Assembly: GCA_016186395.1 (NCBI GenBank)
Contig: JACPLU010000003.1
Span: 148,022-212,021 of the forward strand
Source: Parcubacteria group bacterium
GTDB lineage: Bacteria; Patescibacteriota; Minisyncoccia; 2-02-FULL-40-12
Direction of reading: 5' to 3'
Length of the DNA: 64,000 nucleotides
This document shows positions 55,120-63,922 of this stretch, in pieces. Position numbers and translations under genes: made by a program. Within the stretch, counting starts at the first letter, position 1. Every line of letters begins with the position of its first letter. The notes under the pieces were generated by a model, which saw only the letters and a list, made by a program, of their open reading frames with translations, made no database searches and was not told the origin of the DNA.

Positions 55120-55881
55120 TTAGAACTCACTATGTTTATGTAAATAAACCGAGGTGTCTTTTCCATACAGTTGGCTTAAGGACTCTTTGGTCAAAGCTTC
55201 TTCAGGAATTCCATGGCAAAGCATAGTTTTATTTAAACACATTACTTCATCTGTATAGTGATAAACAACATGTAAATCGTGTGAAATAAGAAGAATTGTT
55301 AGCTCCCTTTCTTTTTGGAGTTTATGAATCAAAGAATAAATTGATTCTTCCCCGCCAATATCAACACCAGCTGCTGGTTCGTCAAGTAATAATACAGTGG
55401 GCTCGTCCATAATTGTCCAGGCAACCAAAACTTTTTGGAATTCTCCACCGGATAAAATACCCAACCTCTTTTTTAAAAGATGATTTTCAAGGTGGTACTC
55501 ATCATGCCACCTGGGCTCAACTGATTTTAAAGCTCTAAATATGGATTCTTTATCTTTATTTTTAGATTTAAATTCTAAAAACTCACCAACCGTTAACGGA
55601 AGCTCTCTTTCAACGGTAAGTTTTTGAGGGACATATCCAATTTTTGCTTCTTTGGCCCAATGGACACTGCCCTTATGCGGTATTAAGCCAAGTAAAGCTC
55701 TAAATAAAACTGTTTTTCCGGCTCCATTTGGCCCAACAATTCCTAGAGTTTTCCCTTGTTCCAATTCAAACGACAAATCCCCAATCACCTCCTGATCGTT
55801 AAAGCTTACAGATAAATTTTGAACTTTTAGGATTAAGGGCATATTTTTAAAAAAAGCAGTCAATGTATAAAAGCTCCACAA
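55120..55881 (-). CDS. Metal ABC transporter ATP-binding protein (ZnuC-like)
   Basis: Walker A GPNGAGKT, the signature LSGGEFQKV and Walker B LLLDEP. Confidence 0.8.
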   Translation of the reverse strand: MWSFYTLTAFFKNMPLILKVQNLSVSFNDQEVIGDLSFELEQGKTLGIVGPNGAGKTVLFRALLGLIPHKGSVHWAKEAKIGYVPQKLTVERELPLTVGEFLEFKSKNKDKESIFRALKSVEPRWHDEYHLENHLLKKRLGILSGGEFQKVLVAWTIMDEPTVLLLDEPAAGVDIGGEESIYSLIHKLQKERELTILLISHDLHVVYHYTDEVMCLNKTMLCHGIPEEALTKESLSQLYGKDTSVYLHKHSEF

Positions 55882-55896
55882 GACTAAGACCGAATA

Positions 55897-58530
55897 CTAT
55901 TTCGGTAACTCTTCAACAGAAATTGTAAATTCTTCACCACGCTGGATTTGTTTATCTAAAATTTTTCTAGCTATTATTACTTCAACTGTATTTTGGATGA
56001 CTCTTTGCATTGGCCGGGCGCCGAATTGCGGATCAAAACCAATTTCCGAAATATAATCTATCAGTTTTTCGTTAGGAGCAAATAAATAACTTTGTTCTTT
56101 AAGTCGTTCGCTAAGTTTTTTAAGAAGAATTTTTGCGACTTCTTTAATCTGTTCTCTGGTTAATGGATGAAAAACTATTATCTCGTCAAAACGATTCAAT
56201 AGTTCAGGAGTAAATAAATGATTTTTTAATATATAATCCAGAATAAGTTCTTTTTCTTGAGCAGTATCCGTATTTTGCGTAACTAGTTGACGAATAAATT
56301 CAGAACCGGCATTTGATGTGGCAATGATAATATTTTGTTTTAGAGAAACGGTTTTACCAAAGGCGTCAGTCATTCTGGCTTCGTCAAAAACCGGTAAGAA
56401 AAGATTTAAAATATTCGGATGGGCCTTTTCAAATTCATCTAATAGCACAACTGAAAAAGGTGACTCTCTTAATTTATTTACAAACTGACCAGGTTCTTGA
56501 GTTCGCAGAGAACCTATAAATCTGTCCATTGACTCTGACTCTTGAAATTCAGACATATCAAAACGAATCATTTTGTCTTCACTGCCGAAATAAACCTTAG
56601 CTAAAATTTTGGCAGTAAGGGTTTTCCCTACCCCTGTTGGCCCCACAAATAAAAATACCCCGGCTGGTTTATCGCGCTTCATCAGGCCCACCCGTAGTCT
56701 TAACATTGTTTCAGCCACTCGTTTTACAGCCAGTTCTTGATTAACAATATCTTCATGCATTAATTTTTCCAGGTTATCTATTTTTTCTTTTTCTGAACCG
56801 GAAACCTCCCCTAAAGGAACATGTGTTTTTTGGGTTATGGTTTTATTTACATCCTCGGCTAGAACAAAACTTTTACCTTGTTTAGCGACACTAGATGCAA
56901 CTTCCGTTAAAAGATCAATGGCTTTTTCGGGAAACGGAACATTGGGAATAAAGAAGTCTGCCTTGTCCACAATATTTTTAAGAGCTTGGTGGGTAACAAA
57001 AACACCTTGCTGACGCTCAATGGCCGGTAAAACTGTTTGTAAAATTTGTGTGGTTTGAACTTTATTTGGCTCTTGTATATCTATCTTTTCAAATAAACGC
57101 ATTAGATCTACCCGAGGCTCAATATATTTGTGAAAATTTTGAGAGTCTGTCAGAGCAATTACCTGAAAACGACTTGAGCCTAAATACGGTTTTAGAACTT
57201 CTGAAATATCAATTTTACCAACACCTTGAGCCGCGCCAACAAAATTATGAATGTCATCAATAATTAAAATTATATTGCCGGCATGTTCAGCGTCCTTTAA
57301 TACTCTGATGAGAGTTGCCTCCATTTCCTGTGTAGTCGGGCTTGAGGAAGTCAATAAAGCCATATTTAATTCCAAAACTCTTTTGTACTTCAAGGCCGGC
57401 AGGGCTTTGCCCTTGGCGACTAGGTCTGTAAAACCATAAACTATGGTATGTTTTCCAATACCCGGTTCGCCAACAAGCAATACGTTATTATCTCCGCTTC
57501 GAGATAAAGTTATTTCAATTTGATTAATTATCTCCTGGCGGCTGATGAGTCTTACTTCTTTTTTTCCTGTTTCAAAATATTTTGAAACGTCAGTTGCAAA
57601 TCTATCAAGTAAAGGAGTATAACCATATACCCAATCAACTCCAATTGGGGAAGAACGAAGTAGGTTTTCTAGTTCCCAAAATCTTCTGTGTTTTTTTAGG
57701 TATCCAAGGTTTGCCTCAAACCAAAGTCCCAGATCTACTAAGTCATCTCTGTCAATGTTCATTTCAAGGAACATTTTTCTTAAGACCTCGTTAGTATCAA
57801 AAAGGGCAATTAGCAAATCGGTTACTAAAATTCTTTCACTTTTATGTTCTTCTCTTAGTTTTTGGCATATTTCAATACACTTTTGAGCCTGTTCATCTAG
57901 CTGCCAATTTACATCTGAAGACTTTAATAACGTACTTGTTTGACTAAATCCAAATGCTTCTAAAACTTGTTTTTCAAGAGTTGGAGGATAAATTTCAAGT
58001 CTTTGCCATAATGCTCTTGCCGCAGAATGTCCTACAAGCGCGGCAAAAAGAGCATTTGTTGAAATTGATAAGTTTTTTTCCGCGCTCATTAGAGCCGCTT
58101 TATAAAACACCTGGGCTGTATCAAAATCTAAATATTCCAGAGGTTCAGAATCGCCCTTAAGCTTAGGTTCTTTTAAATACAAAGCAATAAAAATTTCAAA
58201 GAATGCTAATGAAAAACCTAAAGGAATAAATATATATGCCAAACCTAAAAATAAATCTTCAAAATTTAATAATTTAGTTAAATCAATTTTATTTAATATC
58301 GGTAAGTAATAAGCGCTGTTAGGGTTAATAATTACTTCTAGCCCGTGGCTAATTCCCCAAATAGCAAGATTACCAAACCCGATAATAAGAAACAAAACTC
58401 TCCATATTTTTAAAAGTTTCGTAGGGAATTGATTTAAGAATTTTACCGATGAAATAATTTTAGGAGTCATTATAATAAAGAAAAACCCTGGGCTATTGAA
58501 AAAACTAATACAAGCGGCCAAAGAACCCAA
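55897..58530 (-). CDS. Membrane-anchored Clp-like double AAA+ ATPase with a degenerate NBD1
   Basis: Three to four N-terminal transmembrane helices. NBD1 has GEPGIGKHT and IIDDIH. NBD2 is canonical (GPTGVGKTLT, LLDEFEKAHP). Confidence 0.7.
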   Translation of the reverse strand: MGSLAACISFFNSPGFFFIIMTPKIISSVKFLNQFPTKLLKIWRVLFLIIGFGNLAIWGISHGLEVIINPNSAYYLPILNKIDLTKLLNFEDLFLGLAYIFIPLGFSLAFFEIFIALYLKEPKLKGDSEPLEYLDFDTAQVFYKAALMSAEKNLSISTNALFAALVGHSAARALWQRLEIYPPTLEKQVLEAFGFSQTSTLLKSSDVNWQLDEQAQKCIEICQKLREEHKSERILVTDLLIALFDTNEVLRKMFLEMNIDRDDLVDLGLWFEANLGYLKKHRRFWELENLLRSSPIGVDWVYGYTPLLDRFATDVSKYFETGKKEVRLISRQEIINQIEITLSRSGDNNVLLVGEPGIGKHTIVYGFTDLVAKGKALPALKYKRVLELNMALLTSSSPTTQEMEATLIRVLKDAEHAGNIILIIDDIHNFVGAAQGVGKIDISEVLKPYLGSSRFQVIALTDSQNFHKYIEPRVDLMRLFEKIDIQEPNKVQTTQILQTVLPAIERQQGVFVTHQALKNIVDKADFFIPNVPFPEKAIDLLTEVASSVAKQGKSFVLAEDVNKTITQKTHVPLGEVSGSEKEKIDNLEKLMHEDIVNQELAVKRVAETMLRLRVGLMKRDKPAGVFLFVGPTGVGKTLTAKILAKVYFGSEDKMIRFDMSEFQESESMDRFIGSLRTQEPGQFVNKLRESPFSVVLLDEFEKAHPNILNLFLPVFDEARMTDAFGKTVSLKQNIIIATSNAGSEFIRQLVTQNTDTAQEKELILDYILKNHLFTPELLNRFDEIIVFHPLTREQIKEVAKILLKKLSERLKEQSYLFAPNEKLIDYISEIGFDPQFGARPMQRVIQNTVEVIIARKILDKQIQRGEEFTISVEELPK

Positions 58531-58865
58531 ATAATTAATAAGGCAAAAAAGGTGGCGCTTAAAATTAGTTCGTAAATAAGACCGGCAATAACAATAGCTA
58601 AACGGATGACTGCGGCAACTATTCTAATATAAAAATCCACTACTCCATTTATTATTTTAGATCCAAAAGTTTGTTCTTCAGGCAGTTGTGAGGGCATAAC
58701 GCGATGCCATGCAGAAAATAAGGTTGCTAAGTGTCTTGTGATTAAAAAGCGATGCCAAGTGCTAATCAAATAATTATTTAAAACCCTCAAGATGCCGGAT
58801 GGGGCTACCATATAATGCCAATAAAAGTATTGGATGAAAGCCATGAATCTTGAAACATGAATCAC
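58470..58865 (-). CDS. Hypothetical membrane protein (131 aa; start uncertain)
   Basis: Hydrophobic ORF. Its 5' end lies in a CATG-rich element. Confidence 0.3.
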   Translation of the reverse strand: MIHVSRFMAFIQYFYWHYMVAPSGILRVLNNYLISTWHRFLITRHLATLFSAWHRVMPSQLPEEQTFGSKIINGVVDFYIRIVAAVIRLAIVIAGLIYELILSATFFALLIIWVLWPLVLVFSIAQGFSLL

Positions 58866-59255
58866 AAAACATAAAAAAACCTTAAGTTTCGGATTCGTGT
58901 CATTCTTAAACTAGGTTTACTATATTTATTATATCAAAATTTGGAGGTTTATAGAAGTCCACGGGCTTACCTTGCTTCGCCGAGGCTACGCAAGACGAGC
59001 GCCCGTGGTACTCCAAGGAGTACAGGATTGATTTTGAAAAGATATTGATGCTTTTCAAAATCAATCCTGACTTATATAATTTCCCTACGCTCGCTTGCGC
59101 TCGCTTCGGGGCTGTCATTCATCCCCGAGCTGACGCTCGGGGTTTTCTGACAGGAATTATAAAGTAGTCTATGTCCACACGCAAAACAATGTTTATTTGA
59201 CATAAAACTATTCTTATGTTATATAAATTACATTGCAATTTACCAACTTTAAGGA

Positions 59256-60536
59256 GTGAACATGGCCCAAGCTATGCGTGAATTAAATAATATAACAAAT
59301 GAAGTACGGGTTATCGAGGAAGTAACAAAGAACTCACAGTCCTCTTTTACATTTGAACAACTATCTCAAGAACAGCTTGAAAATGCGGCTAAACTGCTTT
59401 TAGAACACCCGGAATATTTGACTGACGAAACGCTTAATATGATAGCCCTTGAGATACTACGTAGGGATAGTAATATTAGAGCAACTCTTAATCCGACTGA
59501 AATAAGAAGATGGCGAGATGGAAACCCAGAACAAGCGGCTATTGCTGATATAATTCTGGAGGTAGCGGCAGGAGCACGTAATTTAATTCTAATGCCTTAT
59601 ACAAAAGAGTTGGGCGAAACAATTAATAATGGAATTAAAAATAATAAAAGTTTATGGAAAAGGTTGTTTTCTAAATCAAGAACAGAAATTATTAAAGATG
59701 CCTATGAATTATTGGCTGAAAGCCAGTTATTAAAAGAAGAGGTCGCTAAGTCTAAAGCTCAAGTCAAAGACAGTCAACAAAAAGCAGAACAAATTATTGA
59801 AGAAGCCGAAATAAAAGCTGAACAAATAATTCAGGAAGCTGAAGAAACAGCAAAAAGGAGATCGGACGAGATTGCTAGGGAAGCAAAAACTAGATTAGAA
59901 GAAATTAATTTTGAAATTAGCTTAAAGGAAGATATCAGCCGGAAACTTTCGGAAAATCCGAGGGTTGAAAAAGTTTTTCAAGAAACTGCTTCAAAACAAA
60001 AAAATGAAAAATTAAACCGTGAAATAGAAAGGTTCAAAAAATACCCCGGAAAATATAAAGATCTTGTGACCAGAGGTTGGACAAGTTTTGATATGTTAGA
60101 ATTTTTTTCGAATCTAATCCACGAACTCTCAAATTTTGAGCAAGACTTCGGAAAAACTAAAAGATGCGAGGTCGTTCGGGTTTTAGGTAGGGATTTTGGA
60201 TTTGAATTCATTGGTTTAAAGAATGTTGTGTTTTTTGAAACTTATTGTACGTTTCACAATGGAATATCGAATCATTATAATGAAAGGGGTTACAATTTAG
60301 ATGTTTCTAAATTTCGCGGTTTGTTAATGAATTTACTTAGTAAAGAGAAAACCGATCTTAGTTTGTTGTTAAAAGAGTGGGATGAAAAAACAAAAGAACT
60401 GGCAAAAATGGCAAGGAAAATTGTGCAATGCAAGACCAAAGAAGAGATAGATGCCTGCAAGATGGAATTGGCAAGAATCCCGATACTTTGTGAAATAATA
60501 GAAAATTGCAGATTTGATTCAGTAATAGGAGAATAA
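59256..60536 (+). CDS. Hypothetical coiled-coil protein (426 aa)
   Basis: ORF with an SD-like AAGGAG upstream. Confidence 0.4.
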   Translation: MNMAQAMRELNNITNEVRVIEEVTKNSQSSFTFEQLSQEQLENAAKLLLEHPEYLTDETLNMIALEILRRDSNIRATLNPTEIRRWRDGNPEQAAIADIILEVAAGARNLILMPYTKELGETINNGIKNNKSLWKRLFSKSRTEIIKDAYELLAESQLLKEEVAKSKAQVKDSQQKAEQIIEEAEIKAEQIIQEAEETAKRRSDEIAREAKTRLEEINFEISLKEDISRKLSENPRVEKVFQETASKQKNEKLNREIERFKKYPGKYKDLVTRGWTSFDMLEFFSNLIHELSNFEQDFGKTKRCEVVRVLGRDFGFEFIGLKNVVFFETYCTFHNGISNHYNERGYNLDVSKFRGLLMNLLSKEKTDLSLLLKEWDEKTKELAKMARKIVQCKTKEEIDACKMELARIPILCEIIENCRFDSVIGE

Positions 60537-60540
60537 AATT

Positions 60541-60807
60541 ATGGTGCAGTTTCTTATTGTAGCATTAGTTATTAGTTTACTTTTTTCTTTTTTAGCGATT
60601 TCGCTTTATACGCGTAGTTTAAAAGCAAGGCGTAAAAATTTCGAAAGGCGAGTTCGGGAAATCCCGAATCGCCAAAAAGTTTTTCAAACCGATCCTGAAG
60701 TATTTAAGACTTTTTATTTAGAGAATCCACATGATGATTTAGATAGAAAAATAAATGAACGAATAGCAAATAATCAATCAGTTACAGAAAGTGATCTGAT
60801 AAATTAA
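60541..60807 (+). CDS. Small membrane protein (88 aa)
   Basis: ORF lying 4 nt after the upstream gene. Confidence 0.3.
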   Translation: MVQFLIVALVISLLFSFLAISLYTRSLKARRKNFERRVREIPNRQKVFQTDPEVFKTFYLENPHDDLDRKINERIANNQSVTESDLIN

Positions 60808-60811
60808 AATA

Positions 60812-60833
60812 GACCCTTATGGGTCTTTTTATA
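60812..60833 (+). terminator. Rho-independent terminator
   Basis: agacccttatgggtct is followed by ttttatat. Confidence 0.6.
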
Positions 60834-60990
60834 TACTTAAATTTTGCGTTCTTGGTTGAATCCTTTATACGGTTCTTTTATCGGTTTTCCATCTAAATCT
60901 ATTCCAGTAGATTTTAGAAAAAGCATAAAAATTAGAAAAACAAAGATTAAAATAATAATTAAAAAAAACTTTTTCATTTGTCCTCTTTAT

Positions 60991-61740
60991 TTACAATACT
61001 GTTACTAAGACAACACTTGAAACTGTAAAGTTGAAAAAAAAGTCATGAGCAATTGCATGAATCATATGAACACCAGGTTCAATTGGTGCCGGAATTGGCA
61101 TCGAATAAATCCCGTCAAAGTTAGTTTCACCTAAGGAGCTGACGAGTTTATTGTCCCAATAAACGTCAACCGCCGATATGCCTATATCATCCTTAGCGTC
61201 AACCTTTACTGTTAAAGGCGCGTAGCGATTAACTCTTTGTTGATAATTAGGAGATAACAGTTTAACTTCCGGCGGTTTACGATCAAAATTTTGATACGGT
61301 ATCACTGCAATTGGGACTGCATTGAAAAAAGATAAACCATCACTTGTTCTCGCGTTTATTGCCAGCAACGTTCCGGCGCCGTTCTGAAATTCTGATGGAA
61401 GAGAGCGGGCAAAAAAATGAATCTGTGCAAATCCAGGATTTAATGGAGACGTAGTGAATTGAGCTCTATCAACGTAAATGCTTAAGGGATAAAAAATGTT
61501 GCCGTTTTTCATTTTTAATCCAAATACTTGGTTAATTGATAAGTTTACGTTTACCTGTTGGTGAGGAAATGGCGGGTCAAGACTTACGGTCAAATGACTC
61601 CACATTCTTTCTTGAATCGTAATTTGAGCCGGGGAAACAGAAATACCAGAAGCTTGTTGGGCATTTGCCTTCACTATAAACAGCATCGTTGATAAGCTGA
61701 TAAAGCTGACTAGTTGAAACAAAAGTTTTGATAAACTCAT
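60991..61740 (-). CDS. Hypothetical secreted protein (249 aa)
   Basis: ORF with a signal peptide. Confidence 0.35.
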   Translation of the reverse strand: MSLSKLLFQLVSFISLSTMLFIVKANAQQASGISVSPAQITIQERMWSHLTVSLDPPFPHQQVNVNLSINQVFGLKMKNGNIFYPLSIYVDRAQFTTSPLNPGFAQIHFFARSLPSEFQNGAGTLLAINARTSDGLSFFNAVPIAVIPYQNFDRKPPEVKLLSPNYQQRVNRYAPLTVKVDAKDDIGISAVDVYWDNKLVSSLGETNFDGIYSMPIPAPIEPGVHMIHAIAHDFFFNFTVSSVVLVTVL

Positions 61741-61844
61741 TGTTTTCTCCTTGTTTTTTAAGTTGTTAAGGATAAAAAAGAAGGTACCATATACTCATTG
61801 GTATTGTCAAGATACTAGACAATCCTTTTTGTTATAATAGATAT

Positions 61845-62399
61845 ATGTCAATTCAAATAATTTTCTTAATAATTGTCATTGTTTTAGTTTTATGGCTTAT
61901 AGGTGTTTTTAATTCTTTGATTCGCTCCCGAAATCGAGTAAAAGAAGCTTGGTCTGATATAGACGTTCAACTAAAACGTCGATATGATTTAATCCCAAAT
62001 TTAGTCGAAACCGTAAAGGGATATGCGGCGCATGAAAGCCAAACGTTTGAAAAGGTTATTCAAGCTCGATCAGCGGCCATGTCTGCACAGACAGTTCAAG
62101 AACACGGACAAGCCGAAAACATGCTTTCCGGTGCTTTAAAAAGTTTGTTTGCTTTAGCCGAGGCTTATCCCCAACTTCGTGCTGTTGAAAGCTTTACTAA
62201 ACTTCAAGACGAATTAAGCGACACTGAAAATAAAATTCAAGCCGCTAGACGCTTCTACAATACAAATGTTCTTAATTTAAATAACAAAGTAGAACAATTC
62301 CCCAGTAATTTAATCGCTGGAATATTTGGCTTTAAAAAAGAAACCTTTTTTGAACTTGGTTCTGAACAAGAATCAAAACCAGTCCAAGTAAGGTTTTAA
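61845..62399 (+). CDS. lemA: LemA family protein
   Basis: An N-terminal transmembrane helix followed by the conserved LemA core SLIRSRNRVKEAWSDIDVQLKRRYDLIPNLVETVKGYAAHESQTF. Confidence 0.8.
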   Translation: MSIQIIFLIIVIVLVLWLIGVFNSLIRSRNRVKEAWSDIDVQLKRRYDLIPNLVETVKGYAAHESQTFEKVIQARSAAMSAQTVQEHGQAENMLSGALKSLFALAEAYPQLRAVESFTKLQDELSDTENKIQAARRFYNTNVLNLNNKVEQFPSNLIAGIFGFKKETFFELGSEQESKPVQVRF

Positions 62400-62653
62400 T
62401 ATTAGTTCATGGTTACATCCCCAGAAAAATTAGATGAAATTAAAGAAAGTAATAGAAGTATTGAAGACATTGAAAATGAACTAAGAATTTGGAAAATGCA
62501 AGAAAATGAAATCCTAGAAGCAATGAAAGTTGAACAAAAAAAAGCTTGAACGTACGCAAACTAGAATTAAAGAATTGCTTTCAAAATTAAACGTAAAAGA
62601 AGTAGAAGCTTTTGAAGAAAGGGGTATAAAAATGTCAGGTTAAGTTAAATTTT

Positions 62654-62992
62654 ATGTCAAAAATTAAAAAGGTTACAGTTGAAAAATTAGCAGAGATGGT
62701 TCAAGGAGGTTTCAACGAAGTTCATGATAAAATGGATAGAGGTTTTAAAGATGTTTATGATAAAATGGACAAAAATTTTGGTGAGGTTAACAGTAGACTC
62801 GGTAGGCTAGAAGAAAAAGTAAATGCTAACACTACTTCTATACAAGTATTATCTGGAGAAATTGCAGAGCTTAAGGTAACAATAGAAGACCAGGATCATG
62901 AAGGTAAACTCCGCAAACATGAGGTTCAACTTCAACATCATGATCGGCGTATTCGTAAGTTAGAAGAAACCATTCGCCCCATTAAACATTAA
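62654..62992 (+). CDS. Hypothetical coiled-coil protein (112 aa)
   Basis: ORF only. Confidence 0.3.
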   Translation: MSKIKKVTVEKLAEMVQGGFNEVHDKMDRGFKDVYDKMDKNFGEVNSRLGRLEEKVNANTTSIQVLSGEIAELKVTIEDQDHEGKLRKHEVQLQHHDRRIRKLEETIRPIKH

Positions 62993-62997
62993 ATTTT

Positions 62998-63885
62998 ATG
63001 AACCTCTACACTCAAAAAGATTCAAATATCAGAAAGACATGGTTTCTTATAACCATGTCTTTAGTCTTAGTCATCTTTTTAGGCTGGGTATTTAGTCTGT
63101 ATTTACAAGAACCGGGTATTTTATACTTTGCGGTTTTATTCAGTTTAGTAATGAACTTCGTCGCCTATTGGCATTCAGACAAAATTGCTTTATCGATGTC
63201 TGGAGCAAAACCGATTACCAAAGAACAGAATGCATATCTTTATAGAATTATAGAGAATTTATCCATAACTGCTGGCTTACCAATGCCACGGGTGTTTATT
63301 ATACAGGCGCCTCAAATAAATGCTTTTGCTACTGGCCGTGATCCAAAACACGCAGCAGTGGCTGTAACAACTGGCGCATTAGAAAAATTAGAAAATGAAG
63401 AACTTGAAGGAGTTTTAGCTCATGAGCTTTCCCATGTTGGAAATCGAGACATATTAGTTTCTACTGTAGTTATAGTTTTAGCAGGTATTATTTCTACCTT
63501 GGCGGATTGGTTTTTACGAATGACTTTTTTTGGCAGAGGCCGGGACAATGATCGCGTAGGCAATATTTTTGCCATTCTTGCTTTAGTTGGCGCCGTACTT
63601 GCACCAATTGCGGCAACTTTGATTCATCTCGCCGTATCTCGTAAAAGAGAGTTTTTAGCTGATGCATCTGGCGCGCTTTTAACCCGTTATCCGGATGGCT
63701 TGGCAAACGCACTTGAGAAAATAAAATTTGATCAATCCCCCATGCCTCATGCCCATAGCGCCACCGCTCACTTATTCTTATCTAACCCCTTTAAAGGTCG
63801 CCAAGGCCAAAGTTGGTTTACAAAACTTTTTATGACTCACCCACCTTTAGATGAAAGAATCAGAATACTAAGAGGAATGAGATAA
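62998..63885 (+). CDS. htpX: Zinc metalloprotease HtpX (M48 family)
   Basis: Four transmembrane helices and HELSHVGNRD (HExxH). LemA-HtpX adjacency is common. Confidence 0.85.
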   Translation: MNLYTQKDSNIRKTWFLITMSLVLVIFLGWVFSLYLQEPGILYFAVLFSLVMNFVAYWHSDKIALSMSGAKPITKEQNAYLYRIIENLSITAGLPMPRVFIIQAPQINAFATGRDPKHAAVAVTTGALEKLENEELEGVLAHELSHVGNRDILVSTVVIVLAGIISTLADWFLRMTFFGRGRDNDRVGNIFAILALVGAVLAPIAATLIHLAVSRKREFLADASGALLTRYPDGLANALEKIKFDQSPMPHAHSATAHLFLSNPFKGRQGQSWFTKLFMTHPPLDERIRILRGMR

Positions 63886-63898
63886 AAAGGATTTATAA

Positions 63899-63922
63899 AA
63901 AACCGATTTTACTCGGTTTACA
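63899..63922 (+). terminator. Putative terminator hairpin
   Basis: aaaccgattttactcggttt lies after the htpX stop. Confidence 0.4.

Noticed and set aside
58940-58960. RNase P RNA, because of a GAAGTCCACGGGCTTACC resemblance to the P4 region
   Set aside because: Only a short partial match. The GC-rich island is too short (~240 nt) and lacks the other universally conserved RNase P blocks.
58906-59118. A 70-aa ORF in the GC-rich island
   Set aside because: It lies wholly within a hairpin-dense GC-rich non-coding-looking region. It has no RBS and its codon composition is atypical for this genome.
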